From: Lama guanicoe | Lineage: Eukaryota | Length of the DNA: 64,000 nucleotides | Reading direction: 5' to 3' | NCBI GenBank assembly: GCA_013239625.1 | Contig: MU054187.1 | Coordinates: 11,731,893 to 11,795,892, forward strand | Shown: positions 39,081-52,144 of the stretch, piece after piece | Layout of the letters: every line of letters begins with the position of its first letter | How positions within the stretch are numbered: the stretch's first letter is position 1 | Made by a program: the position numbers and the translations under genes | The notes under the pieces: model-generated | The model's database searches: none | Seen by the model: only the letters and a program-made list of their open reading frames with translations | What the model was told of the DNA's origin: nothing

Positions 39081-40714
39081 GTGAATATCCGAACCTTCCC
39101 TGCCTTCCCCTTCTGAGGTCATTTCCAATTTTGAAACACCATAATTCTTTGTGGGAAAGATGCATACATGAGGTTACATATACGGGAAACTGGAAAATAA
39201 AATTAAATAAAATGTCTTCTTTACTCTGTAAGGAAGCAATAAAATCTAGGAAGAGGCAGAAAACAAGCAATGAAAACCCAAGTTGGGAACGGAGCGGAGG
39301 GTAGCAGGCTGAGTGAGGGCGGTGACGGCACTAAATGAAAAACAACAACTCAATACCCTGCTATCATCCTTCATCAAACTACAGAAATAGAAACCAGACA
39401 CATTATGTGAAGGATGAAAGGGTTGGCAAGGTTCTGGCCTATAGGAAAAACCCAGGTTCAATAATGCCATGAGCAGAGGGAGGTAGGAAAGTGAGGTCAA
39501 AGTCAATGGCAGGGTTTGTGTCTGGACGGCTGGTTTTACAGTCCTAATGAGGCTGAAACATCACACGCTCCTCTTTCGCTGAACTCCGTTTCTCATTAGG
39601 CTCTGTATCTGCACCCAGATCAGCCCGCCACATGGCAGGAGTGGCTGCCCCTTCATCCAGCTGATGAATTATCAAGAGTATTCTCTGCCTTTCTTTTTTG
39701 GGAAAAGAATGCTTTGGAGTAGAAACCGCTGTCTTCTATTAATATCTACTCTTCTCTGATTAAAGAGATGATAAATTTGGGGGAAGGACTCAGGCCCTGA
39801 GCACTCAGTCTTTATTTAGAAGAGTGCATGGTTAAGACAGCCTTTCCAAGATCTTCTGCTCTGCTCTGGGTCTTTATCTGTTCTTCCAGGGGGAATGTGA
39901 GAGCAAGGCTGTGTTTCTGAATACTTTCAGGGCTGTTGGAATAACCATATATTTTGTGTCAAGCTCTGCACTTGGGGCCAGGGACACAGAAATCAAGGAA
40001 AGGATTAAGAGAGTGCTCATGTTCTCAACGAGCTTATAAATGCAGAGATTTACACCACGAGCTTGTCTGATGGCTGTCAGTAACCAGAGTACAGGGTTAA
40101 CAATAACTGGTATTTAAACAGACCTTTCATGGGATCTGTTATCTCCTGTGGGCCCACAATGGCCCTGTGGCTAGGTGCTCCAGCACCCACTTATTTCTCC
40201 TTAAGTCTCAGTTTGAAGTCCACTGGCTTGAGTCCTGTGCTCCAACTCCAAGCCCAGCGCTATTACCACCTTATCTCCTAGAGAGCAGTGCTGAACTCTT
40301 TCTAAGCCCTTGCAGGCACTCAAGAATGTACTCATTTTTGACACAACACTGTAAAATGATTATAAATCAATAAAAAATGTTAAAAAAAAGAATGTACTGA
40401 TTTTTTATCAGAAACCATAGCCTGGAAAACTCCTCCTCCTTTTAAAAGACCCAGATCAAACATAACATTCTCGGTGAAGCTTGCCCCATGTCCCTGGGGC
40501 AGGAGTCACATCTTCCTATATGCTTTGGGCACATATACTAATCATATTAATGAGGATAACAGAAGTAATAATAGTAGTAAAAAGGTCTAAGTTACCATTT
40601 ATTGAGTGTGTCTGTGGGCCAGGTGTCATGCTAAGGGCTTTGCATGCATTATGTAACGCTCAAAAGAACCCCAGGGGGAGATACTATTATTATCCTCAGT
40701 TTACAGATTATATC

Positions 40715-41165
40715 ACTTAGGAGTCAAGTTTGGCTGCACGTAGAAACCTATCCACAGTGGCTTAAGCAAGTGGGGCTTATTTTGCTGAAATAATGATAAA
40801 TCAGAGTGGACAGGCTGGGGCTGGTATGGTGGCTCCACAGGACCATTCTTAGCATGTAGCTTTTGTTATGATGGACACAAAAGGGCTGCCATTTTTCCAA
40901 TCTGTGTTCCAGTTGGGAGGAAGGATAAAAGGCAAAAATCAAAGGATGGAGGGCAAAGAGCCTTTTCTTCCTGTGGTTTTGTCTTATTAGTCAGGAAGGG
41001 GTGCTAATTCCCTGTTTATATCTCTCTGTCCAGAACTGTGTCATGTGGCTACAAAGGAGTCTGAGAATTCTTTTTTCTTTTTAAAGCTGGGCAGATTTCT
41101 GCCCTGAACAAAACTGAGATTCTGCTAGTAAGGACCAAGAGGGGGATGAATACTGGGTTGCTACC
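40715..41165 (-). mobile_element. MLT1-type LTR
   Basis: TTTGGCTGCACGTAGAAA..CAGTGGCTTAAGCAAG..TCCAGAACTGTGTCATGTGGC..GATTCTGCTAGTAAGG. Confidence 0.65.
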
Positions 41166-41399
41166 TGTGCTTGTCCCATAAATGAAGAAAATTGGGCCTT
41201 AGAAATGCTAAGAATCTCTCTTGTCTAAAGTCAGATTTATGGCTGACCTCTGTGTGACACCAGAGTCTGTGTTCTTGACAGATATGAGAGATGACCTCTT
41301 TATCATGAAGCATTATAATTGTCTTTTTATTTGTTCATCCCTCCTTCCCTAGTCTGTGAGTTCCTTATTCACTTTTAAAATATTTAATTTACATATTAT

Positions 41400-41529
41400 T
41401 TAATTATTTTACTTTGGTGGGGACAAGGGTAATTAGGTTTATTTATTTTTAGAGGAGGCACTGGGGATTGAACCCAGGACCTTGTGCATGCTAACCATGT
41501 GCTCTACCACTTGAGCTGTACCCTCCCCT
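41400..41529 (-). mobile_element. tRNA-derived SINE (Vic-1-like)
   Basis: GTAATTAGGTTTATTTATTTTTAGAGGAGGCACTGGGGATTGAACCCAGGACC..CTACCACTTGAGCTGTACCCTCCCC is the reverse complement of the same family. Confidence 0.9.
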
Positions 41530-43150
41530 CTCCTTATTTGTCTTGGTATCCCAGACTCTTGCCCTTAGTTTGTTGAATGGATAAATGAATGAATGTTAGG
41601 ACTTGGTTTCTGCAGCTAAAAATTCTTTCTAGGAAAATATTTTAATATTGTCCTCTTCCACTGTAACGTTTTATAACCACCTGCTTCCAAACAGGTGGTT
41701 GCAGATGTATGTGAAAGAAATGATCCTGATTTTTGTGCTGCCCTGGGTGCCTTTGGCCTCTTCTACTATTTACAGGTTTCTATTCTCTCCCTCCCTGAAT
41801 GCTTAATGCTTGTTTACAGGGCGCGGTCCAATTTCTCTTTGTTCTGCCTGGTCATACAAACGTTCCCATATCACATCACTCTATTTCTTCGGGATACGTG
41901 TGCTACTTGAAAAACAATAATTTGAGTCACAAGTAGCCCTGATCCCAAATCTCATTTCTTCCTGCAGCAGTCCAGGAAGGACCCAGCATCATTTAGGTAC
42001 CAGTATTTTGGCAAGGTAGATTGGGAGGGGAAAATAATTCTTAAGATACCAGTCTAGAAAGTAAACTTGTCAGAAAACCAAACACTGATGCCCCTAGGTT
42101 TAAAAAAGAAAAAGCAATTGTTGTTCCACAAGCCATCAGGAAGTATCCCAATTTTTCTTCAAATCCATAATGCTTGGATGAAGCCCCATCTGCTGTGAGG
42201 TACCGGCTGATTTAGGTTGGAACCACCTAATTCAGCTCAAGCACAAACTTGCAGGCACTTGGACTTCCAACACAATGGCCCAAATAGCAGTATTAAGAGA
42301 TGCCTGGGCTTCTCCTTCCAGCCATGGGCCCCTAGCCAGTAGCTTACTGTCACTAAACAAATTAGATGATAAATATTTACCACCTATTAGCAGATACTAT
42401 ATGTTAGGCACTATGCTAAGTGCTTTATATTGTCTTCTTAGTCCTTAGAACAACACTGTGATATTATTGTCATCTTACAAACAAAGAATTTAAGGCGTGG
42501 TGAAAATAATCAATTTGCTCACCAAATGGTGACTTGGGGAGCTTTGTCTGCCCATGTTAATCTCTAGCAGCCTCATGAAAGGATTACATAAATTACCTTA
42601 TGTAATTTAAAAAAAACCCAGTGGTAGTGATAATGACATATTCTTATCATTTATTGAGTGCTTACAATAGGCCAATCTGTTCAAAGTTCTTAATGTGTGA
42701 TAACTCATTTAAACCCTCACAGTAATTTTTTCAGGAAGGTACTAGTATTAGCCTAGTTTTCAGATGAAGAAATTGAGGCATAGCGAAGCTAAAGTTTTCA
42801 CAAGGCACCATGACTTGTAAGTAGCAGAGATAAAACTTGACTATTTTTATCGGTGTATAACACAGCCTAGTTAAAACAGTATGCTCACTATGAAAACTCA
42901 GCTTCAAGACAAGCCCTCCCTTACAACCAGTCTGCAGACCCTAATCCCTTTTGGTATAGAAATTCTTCAGTCATCACTGTCTAACATCAGTGGGCAGTAG
43001 GTGGTATATTCTAGATTCAAACCTGGGTTGGTCTGACTCCAAAGCAGGGATCTTTATCACTGTACTGTTCCAGCACCAGCCAGGTTAAACCTAAGTTCAA
43101 AGGACAAGTTGTAGACCCATCTGGACATGCCCTGAGAATTTAATCTATCC

Positions 43151-43524
43151 CGCGGTTTCTCAACCTCAGCTACTATTGACATTTTGGGCTGGATAACTGT
43201 TATGGAAACTGCCCTGTTCATTGTAGGATGTTGAACAACATTCCTGATCATTCTTGGTCTCTATCCACCAGCAGCACACCCCCACCCGGTGTAACAACCA
43301 AAAATATCTCCAGATGTTGACAAATGTCTTGGGGGAGAGGGGAAGGGGCAAAACTTCAAGCCTGGTCTTATTACTGTATTTTATTTCAGTGGTGGATGAG
43401 GAAATTGGGCTTATTTATTTTTAGAGAAGGTGCTGAGGGTTGAACTCAGGACCCTGTGCATACTAAGCACATGCTCTACTGCTTGAGCTATAATCCCCCA
43501 CCTCAAATCTAGTTTCAAACCACT
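43151..43524. mobile_element. MER20 hAT element (interrupted by a SINE)
   Basis: GGTTTCTCAACCTCAGCTACTATTGACATTTTGGGCTGGATAA..ACAACCAAAAATATCTCCAGATGTTG..AAACCACTG. Confidence 0.85.
43410..43500 (-). mobile_element. tRNA-derived SINE (Vic-1-like) nested in a MER20
   Basis: GGTTGAACTCAGGACCCTGTGCATACTAAGCACATGCTCTACTGCTTGAGCTATA; MER20-like sequence resumes after it. Confidence 0.85.
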
Positions 43525-44249
43525 GATCTAAGCTGTCTCCTCATTTTGCAAATGATGGAGCAGGGATCCAAAGAGATGAAGCAACTTGTTTAAGCTAATT
43601 AGCAACATCCGTGTCATTCATGCAACATGATTGTATTCCTATAATGTACAGGGCACAGCATGGAACCCAGAGAAAGTAGATGCCCTCTTGGTCCTTACAC
43701 TCTGGTAGGAGAGAGAAGCTATTGCTCAAAAATCTCTAATTGCACGAAGTTGATAAGCAATAAAGTGTTAGGCAGCAAAGTGCAGAGAAAGAGAATATGA
43801 TCTGGTGTGCTAAGATCTAGATCTGCCACTTTTTATCTGTGGGACTTAACAAAGGTTCAGGTTCATCATCAATGAAACAGAGATCATGGTATCTACTCTG
43901 CTTATATCATCACCTCCAAAAAGGGCCTGAGAACCCATTGTGCAAACTGTAAAGCTCTTAGAGACATTAGTTATTATTAATATGATCGGGAATGTGGTAA
44001 TAATTATGATTAAAGAAAAGGCTTTCGGAACTGTGGAGAGTCATGCAGTGGTGGCTTCATTCCTGGATCTTCCGACTCGAGATGCTTATTTTTCTGTGGG
44101 AGAGGGAGCAGGCAAAGCTCCCCCCACCCTCAGAGCCTCTTCCCTCGTCTGGAACTGAGGCAGCCAGATGGGAGGATTTGGGGCACAACTTTACACAGCG
44201 AGTCCTGTCAGAGGGTGTTGCTACGCGGCACTCGGGCCTCTCAAGCTCC

Positions 44250-44745
44250 GTCCTTTCTAGGCTGTGGCCCTGCCCTTAGGGAAACAGGCTCCGCCCCCTC
44301 CGCGCTGGAACTGCAGCCGCGCGCTGCCTCCAGCTCGGTCCCTCGCCTGGGCCGGAGATTCCCGAACTCCCCCGATCTCTTCCCAGCCTCCCTCGGGCGC
44401 CCGGTTGGGAGGCGGCGGAGATTGCCGAGGGGTGCTAGCCCCGCCCCCACCTCGGGCTCGGCCGCCGCCGCCCCCTGTCCCCCGCCACCCCGGCCTACCG
44501 CGCGGGCTGGAGTCCCAGATCCCGGGCCCTTCCTCCTTCTTTCTCTTTCCCCGCCTTCCCGGTGCTGCCACAGTTGCGGTCGGAGGATCCCGGCCAGTCA
44601 GCTCGTTCCGGCCTCGAGCCTCCCCCTCGCCCCAAATAAACACCCCTCCCCACGCCTCGAGATCCCGGACTGCCCCCTTCCTCCCTCGGCCAGGCTTGTG
44701 AGGGACTGTGTGAAGGAGCGAGCGCGGGCCGGCGGGCCTGCCACC
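44250..44745. promoter_or_regulatory. CpG island / promoter-like element with GC boxes
   Basis: About 500 bp of very high GC with dense CpG. Sp1/KLF-type boxes GGCTCCGCCCCC (~44287) and GCCCCGCCCCCAC (~44438), and a FOX-like AAATAAACA (~44634). No recognisable coding exon is attached. Confidence 0.8.
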
Positions 44746-46189
44746 TTCAGCTTTCTCAAGAGATAGAACTGGATAAACGCAACTGCCCTAAAACCCAGTC
44801 TCAAGTAGGGGGCGAGAAAAAAGAAATTGTTCAGGTGGGCTTGAAAACTTACCTTTTTCTTGTAAAAAAAAAAAAAAGATGATATCCAATAGAGAATTCA
44901 TAGCTTTTGCTCTTTTAATTCTGATTTACTTTGAAGAATCTTGTTCTGTATTTCCCACATGCAAATTGTACTTCAAAAAAGATCCACTCTGCTTCCTGTT
45001 GCAGAATCTACGGGGAGAGAAGACACTCCAGATACAGCCAGCTCTTCTACGAGGCCTGAGTTAGAGGCTTCGAAATGGCCTATATACTATTGGCAGAAAA
45101 CTTCTTACTTCTGCTCTTAGAAATTTCTAGGATAAAAAGGAAATATCCATACTATTCTGTGATAAGAACATCTCTAAATAGCCAGCTCTATTACTCCTAA
45201 AACGTTCCCTGGCAAAGCATTTGAATTAAACACTTCCTCCTCCATCAGATATTTATAGGAACTTTATAAAAGGTAATAAATGCCCAGCCATCGGAGGGAT
45301 AAGTACGCCACCTTTCCCACCCAACCCTGAAGGATTTGCTACATGAGATAGTGAGCTCAGTTCATCCAGAATCATAGCAAGCCATGGTCTAATTAATCCC
45401 AGACAAGACTGTCAACAGGCAGATTCTGCCCACAGAGCTCTTTTCTCCTCCTAGTTCATCCTAATGGCTACCTCCCACTTCAGTTACCAAGGGCTCCACC
45501 CTTGCACCCTACTCCAAGGGGAAAAGCACACTTTCAAGGTCCCATTGAGGTATAGACTACTAAAATTTACAAACTTCACTGTCTTTTAAGTCAAATATTT
45601 TCTAATGACAGACAAAGCTCTGAGCTCAGGTAAAGGCTCAAACTGACGTGATCTAATTGAATTCTAGCTTCATGATTTATGTTTCTGTAACTTTAAAGCA
45701 AGTTTCTTAAGTTCTCCTAGTTTCCTATTCTAGAAAAAGTGTTAGATATAATAATTATTATACATCCTAATGATACTGATAAAATGTATTATAGTATAAA
45801 TAATTACAGTGAAGCCTACTAACTAAAATTTCTATATTTTGAAGTCAGTAGTCACTAAGAAAGGGAGAAGACAGAAAATGGAAAGAAAAACATTTTAACA
45901 TTTTTTTATTTTTAAATCCACTCTTAAGGTATAATTTACATACAATAGAATGCACCATTTTAAAACATACAATAGATGACTTTTGACAAAGCTATACACT
46001 CATATAAATGCCACCACATGGGAGAAAGTTGCTAATTTTATTCTTGTACTCAAAGGACAAGATTTTGGCTTTTTTGTGTATTCTCTTCATATTTATATTC
46101 TATTTTTTTCCCTTCTGTTCTTTATTATTTGGTATCATTATGTGATTCATTCTGAAGGTATGAGTATGGTTTATATACTTCTATAATTA

Positions 46190-46717
46190 TTTATTTATTA
46201 ATTCAACAAATGTTTATCGACCACTTAAAATATACCTGATGCTATCCTAGGCCCTGGAGATTTAACAGTATTTTTTGAAGACACAAATCCCCGTGTCTTT
46301 ATAAATTGTGTTCTAGTACCTATACTAGAAAACAGAATGAGTAACTCAACTGTGCACTATGTTAGAGAATGTTAAGTGCTAAGGGTAAAACTTAAGCAGA
46401 GATGGAGGAGTAGGAGTCACAGAATGTGAACGGGTGGGAGCTGCAATTCTGGGAAGTTGGAAAAGTTGTTACTGAGAAGACACATTTCAGTAATAAGCTG
46501 AAGTGAGTGAGGAGGTGGCCATGCCTACGTAAGGAGGAGGAACAGCTAAGACACAGAAAGCAGGCTTCCCAAGGCTCTCGGGCAGGAGGACGCCTGATGC
46601 CGAGTAGAAAGTCACAGCAACAATGGTGTAAGTGTCACAAACACTTGTGAGAGCTGAACCCTAGCAGAATGAGATGACAAGAGTGGAGATGTGGTGAAGG
46701 AAGCCGTTTGGTGGGAT
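46190..46717 (-). mobile_element. L2 3' remnant
   Basis: ATTCAACAAATGTTTATCGA terminus followed by typical L2 sequence (ACTGAGAAGACACATTTCAG..GAAGTGAGTGAGGAGGTGGCCATG). Confidence 0.7.
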
Positions 46718-46990
46718 TGTTGCCGAACTTCAGCTTCTGTGCCACCGTTGTCAAATTGAAACTCGGAGACAGAGTTTGGATAAAGTAGGCAAAACAGCTT
46801 CATTTCCTTGCCAGGCAAAGGAGGTCACAGTAGGCTAGTGCCTTTAAGTCTGTGAGCCTGATTTGGAGAAGGTGGCTGGGGGCTTTATAGTAAAAGGCCA
46901 AGGAGCAGTGCGCCTGGTAAGAATCAGGGCAAACCCAGAGCTGCATTTTCTTCTTTGATACAATCATGCTGGTGTCAGGGAAAATCTGGT
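46718..46990 (-). mobile_element. Truncated ERV LTR
   Basis: TGTTGCCGAAC..CTCGGAGACAGAGTTTGG..CAGCTTCATTTCCTTGCCAGGCAAAGG..GGCTTTATAG looks like an LTR 3' end in reverse orientation, with TATA and poly(A)-signal remnants. The other end is missing. Confidence 0.7.
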
Positions 46991-48287
46991 GACTTAATTT
47001 ATTTTATTTTTAATTTTACTTGATAATTTGCCCCTGATTTCTGACATCCATTTTGATGATAAATCAGTTCTGGCCTTATTGAATCTGTGTTACATATTTT
47101 CTGGACCAAGAGTCAATAGCATAAAGTCACTCCAAGTAACTTATGAAATTTTGATTTGTTATTTATATTTGTTAAATAGGTTATTTCATTATAGATGCTC
47201 TTTAACTACATGGAAAAGGCTTTAAAATTAAAAAGGAAAATCAGAAAATATAATAATATTATAGGATGATTGAAATTATATAGATATGTTTGTATATAAG
47301 CAGAGAATAAAGTAAAACAATGAGAACTATTTGTAGGTTGAAATTCTGAAATATGTTTTTAAAATTATGTTTTAGAGAGAAAAATTGGAAGAACACAAAC
47401 TTCTGGAAGACAGTGGTAGGAAAATCAGATATGAGAGAGGACATGACACAAGTTATAGAAATGCAAGAAGTAGCACAACAGGTTGGATTGATAGGATGTG
47501 AAACTTAATACCATGCACCTGTTATAAGTAATGGGTTATTTCAAACATAGAGCAGTTTTCCTCAATATTGCTAGCCTCAGTGATTTACTCAAATAGCTTA
47601 TGTGCCCTAACTGGCAATGGAGGTAAAATTACAGCCACAATAAACCTAAAGATGGAAAATTTTTTTTTTCTTAAGGCATAATCCAACCAAGATACTGAAG
47701 AGGTCAGGAATCATGGGTACAAACTGGTGTCCAAATCAAGAAATGTGTTTGTTTAGGAGAGAATCTCCAAAAGTATCATTTCTAAATTATACAGAGATAC
47801 TATTTTTCAGTAATTGAGGTGCATATACATTATATGCACATATATATCCTATACAGATGTATATGCTTAATAAAGTATCTATTAGAATCTCAAATTGTCA
47901 TATGAAGAAAGAGCTTCAAGACATTAAAGTGACCTGATCAAAGATCGTAAAGCCAAGTCATTAGTTCTCAGACCTTTGCAGAGAGAACAGTCACTTGAGG
48001 TTTTTTTTGTTTTTTTTTTTTTGCTGAAAAGTGTTTTGGCCCACATAGGAAAACCTTGAATCAATGCCCATGGTTAAAGCATAAATGTCAACATGAAAAA
48101 AAAGTTTCCCAAGTTAGTGTAATTCATGAAAAGCTTTGAGAAATAGAGTTATAGTGTTGATGGAATTAGAAATATGAAAGTTGTAATTCAGAGTCCAAAT
48201 ACACTATTATTGCAAGTTACTGTATCCTCAGTTTTCTTTGCAGATGAAACATTTCTCAGCTGTGTCTGCCTTATATTCAGTGTAACT

Positions 48288-49183
48288 ATGGAGATGAATA
48301 GCAGTGTGAATGAGTTCATTCTATATGAGTTAACATGAGATGTTTTAAGGGAGAAAGTAGTATTTGTGATCTTGCTTCTAAACCTCACAACTCTGTTGGC
48401 AAACTTCCTTATTGTGATGACCATAAGACATAGCCAGACACTTGGGAGCCCCATGTACTTCCTCCTTTTCTATTTATCCTTTGCTGATTCTTGTTTGTCA
48501 ACAACCACTGCTCCTAGATTGATTGTAGATTCTATACCTGAAAAGAAATTCATCTCCTACAATGAGCGTATGACTCAGATCTTTGCAAGTCACATCTTTG
48601 GGTGCATGGAGATCTTGGTGCTCACCCTTATGTCCTTTGATCGCTATGTGGACATTTTAAGCCCCTGAGATACACAACCATCATGATCCAGTGTGTCTGT
48701 TGTGCATTGGGTGGGGTCTTATGTCCATTCTTCAACACAGATCCTCTTGGCTCTGAAATTACCCTTCTGTGGGCCCAATGTTATCAATCACTATTTCTGT
48801 GATATGCAGCCTTTGTTGAAACTTGCCTGCATGGATACTTACGTCATCAGTCTACTCATTGTGTTTAACAGTGGGGCAATATGCATGGTGAGTTTCACAA
48901 TGCTGCTTATCTCCTATGTTTTCATCTTACATTCTCTGAGTAATCAGAGTGCAGAAGGAAGAAGGAAAGCCCTCTCCACCTGCACCTCCCACATTATTGT
49001 TACCATTCTATTCTTTGAACCATGTATATTATCGTACACTCAACCTCTATCTGTATTTCCAGTGGACAAGATGGTGGCTGTGATTACACTATTGGGGCAC
49101 CCTAACTCAACCCTCTGATTTATACTCTGAGGAAAGCAGAAGTCAAAACTGCCATGAGGAAGTTATGGTGCAACAAACTCTGA
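48288..49183 (+). pseudogene. Olfactory receptor family 4 subfamily C pseudogene (most like OR4C11)
   Basis: OR motifs: 'LGSPMYFLLFYLSFADSC', 'MSFDRYV', 'LPFCGPNVINHYFCDMQPLLKLACMDT', 'KALSTCTSH', 'PLIYTLR'. Premature TGA at codon 17 (48336-48338) and frameshifts near 48660 and 49085. Upstream splice acceptor TTTTCTTTGCAG ends at 48243. Confidence 0.93.
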
Positions 49184-50077
49184 CTTGAGGTGGCAAAGAG
49201 CAGAAGATGCCAATTGCTGTCACAGTTTAAATAAAATTGGATTGATAGAAAAGACAAAATGTTCTCATTCCAATGTGGACAATGTAATCCTCCTCCAGTG
49301 GGACCTTTGGGGGAGTAGGCAGATGAGCACAGAGCAAAGATCTATATTATTTTAAGCCAATGTCTCATAGAGTGACAGACCTTTAAGTACAATCATATTT
49401 GTGAAAACACAAGCCTTTCCTATGTATCTGCTGTTTGCGTTGATAGCTCTACTTTTTAGAAGCTTGTGAGCCAGATCCTGTTGTTTCCGTAGTTTGCTTT
49501 CTTGATTTTTATATTAATTTGCTTTGGATTTTTCTTTTTCATATTTCTTATTCAAGTTTGATAATTGAAGGGGAAGAGCATGAATTGCTTCAGGTAAAAT
49601 AGATACCCTCTCCATAAAAACCACACTTTCAATAAATCAAAATGTTGCAAAAGGTAGTTTTATTGGCAGGTAGTGAACAACCATAAAATCCAGGTCATGT
49701 AATTTAATTTTGTTTCATTTTAAGTAAGCAAAGAGAAGATTTGAAAGAAAAAAAAAGGAGAGAGAAGATTTGGGGACATAAAGACAGGAAAGCAGCAGTT
49801 GACAAGATATATGCATTAGATCAGGTCACCGCCTCAGAATTTTATTATTGAATTCATTGTTTCCAAACCCTCCCGGACCATCCTACCTCTTTGATTAAGG
49901 GGTACATCATAGTAGAGGGAGCTATTTTCCCTTTATTAATCCTTAAGTTATACTTTCACTTGTTAAAATTTTAAACAGTTCAAATATATTTGATGCCAAA
50001 AGTCTTCCATTTTTTTCCTCTGGATAAATAAGCATTTGCCTCTATCTCTTATGCTCCTATATTACTATGTGGCTTTT

Positions 50078-50108
50078 CATATATATATATATATTTTTTT
50101 TTCATATG

Positions 50109-50142
<34 letters not shown>
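50078..50142 (+). repeat. Compound (AT)n/(CA)n microsatellite
   Basis: Seen directly. Similar (TC)n(CA)n at ~13170-13207 and (TC)n at ~36810-36836. Confidence 0.95.
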
Positions 50143-50144
<2 letters not shown>

Positions 50145-52144
50145 ACATTGAATAAGGCAATCCTGGATTATATGTTATTCCTGATCTGTAATCTGATCAT
50201 TTAAACAAGTTTTCACTTGTGTTATTTCATTTGACCTGCACATTTTATTTTTTTGCAAGGTAAATGTGGTAATTTGCTGTGTCCTTTTCTAGATACAAAG
50301 TTTGATTTGTGCTACAGGAGTTTTATCTAAGACAGGTGAGAACTAGAAAGGGATGTGACTAGATAGCCTCCCTCTGTAGCATTCATGCTACATGTCATAT
50401 AAAATATTAAATACAAAGATGCATCTTAGAAAAGAGAAATTCTGAGCCATCAAAAAAGGATGATAATTGATACCTTAAACTTCTGTCCTGACTTCAAAAT
50501 CAAGTTCTTTAAACTGCATGTTGAGGCTAATATCAAAGCAGAAAATAAATGCCTAAATAAATCATACTGAAGAGGAACAAAGGAACAAAGACTAAATAAA
50601 GTCAGAACAAGAGAGAGGAGAGTGAGAGTGAGCATACATGAGGGAAAGAAGAGTCAGGGGGTAGGATACAGAAAGACATAGTAAAGGGAGGTGAGCAAAA
50701 AATGTTAGAGAGGGTAGTTTGACCCAAGATTTCATCACAAAGTTCAGCTTCTTTCCCCCTGACCCACGTCACACCATCACTTTCCCCCAAAGCAAAGAGG
50801 GAATGTGGTCATAAGTAAAAAGTTGTCAAGGGTCCTGAAAACCCAAGTGTGTAGAAAGTGCAGTATTATCATGGACTTTTGTCCCAGAAACATCACCACT
50901 GACCTAAAACTTCATATGAGAGGATTCCGGAGATAGAAACTTCTACCAAGCTGGCCTCAATGCCATGGTGCAGTCATTGCCTCGTTTGTGAGCAGAGATG
51001 CATTTGAGAGACGGTGTACTTTTACACGGAGGTCAGGGGGGCTTAGGAACGCTGGGCCATCACAACCCTTCACTGGTGACAATACCGCCCAGGAGCTCCT
51101 CTGCTTGTTAGAAGACACACTGAGTAAAGATTCTAAGACAGAAATTTTCAGAAGGCAATTGGAAGAATTTCAGACAGATTGAAATACTTGCTTCTTTTCT
51201 TAGGACCAAATAGATGACTTCCAATCAAGTATATTTTTCATATCTTCAACTTTAATTTACTTACAAGGTGAATTATATGAAGTCTGAATAAAATACACAA
51301 ACTATACTTCATTAAGATTTATCAGTGCCTTCTACCACAAGAGGTTATGGGACGTAAGGAGATTTGGGGAAAGGAACTCTTCATGTGGCCATACTTCTCA
51401 GGTTTCTCCCCAGAAGCCCTGGATTAGAGAACAACAGTGTCTGTATTGGAGTAGAGAGGAGGGTCATGTAAAATGGAGTAAATTTCTTAATTTGGTTCTT
51501 GCATACTTTATGGAGAAAACTATTTCTGTGTTCTGAGAAATGTCTATGAAGCCTTGTCTCTTCTCACAATACCTTTTTTTGAAAATCATGAGTTTAAGTG
51601 TTTTCTTTTTACTACATTGGGCATTAATTATAACTCCCACAAAAGTTTACATTTCCTAAGGCAGGGTTTCAGCCTCAGGAGCTCCAAGTAAACTATTTCT
51701 CCCAGCCCAGTTCCAAAGGATATTCCATGAGCTACCTAGCTCACACAGTCCAGGGACAAAAGCAAACTTTGGGGCAATTAGTTAAACTTCAACCCATATG
51801 ACTTGATATGAGGAAAATGCTCCCTTCTCTATAGGATTTCCTTAAGCCCATCTCTTCTAGAGGCATGGAAGCCTTTGGAGCCAGTTAAAGACTCAGATAA
51901 ATGAAGCATGTGGTAGACTTGAATCCTGGCCTCACCACTGCTATGTGAATTTAAGCCAGTTTCTCAACCTCTTGAATTTCCTATTTTCTTTTTGTAAGAA
52001 ACATCTAGTAATAATATTTATTTTACATTATTAATGTTCAGTTCTTACATTTCTAATCTTACCTATGTTTTTAAATCAATGTAGAGAGTAAGATAAGGAG
52101 GAAGGAAAATGAATGGGATTCTTGAATACTTGTCTTATGTATTT

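Noticed and set aside
44215..44766. Overlapping Pro/Arg/Gly-rich ORFs on both strands
   Set aside because: Stop-codon depletion is expected in a GC-rich island, and no protein similarity was recognised.
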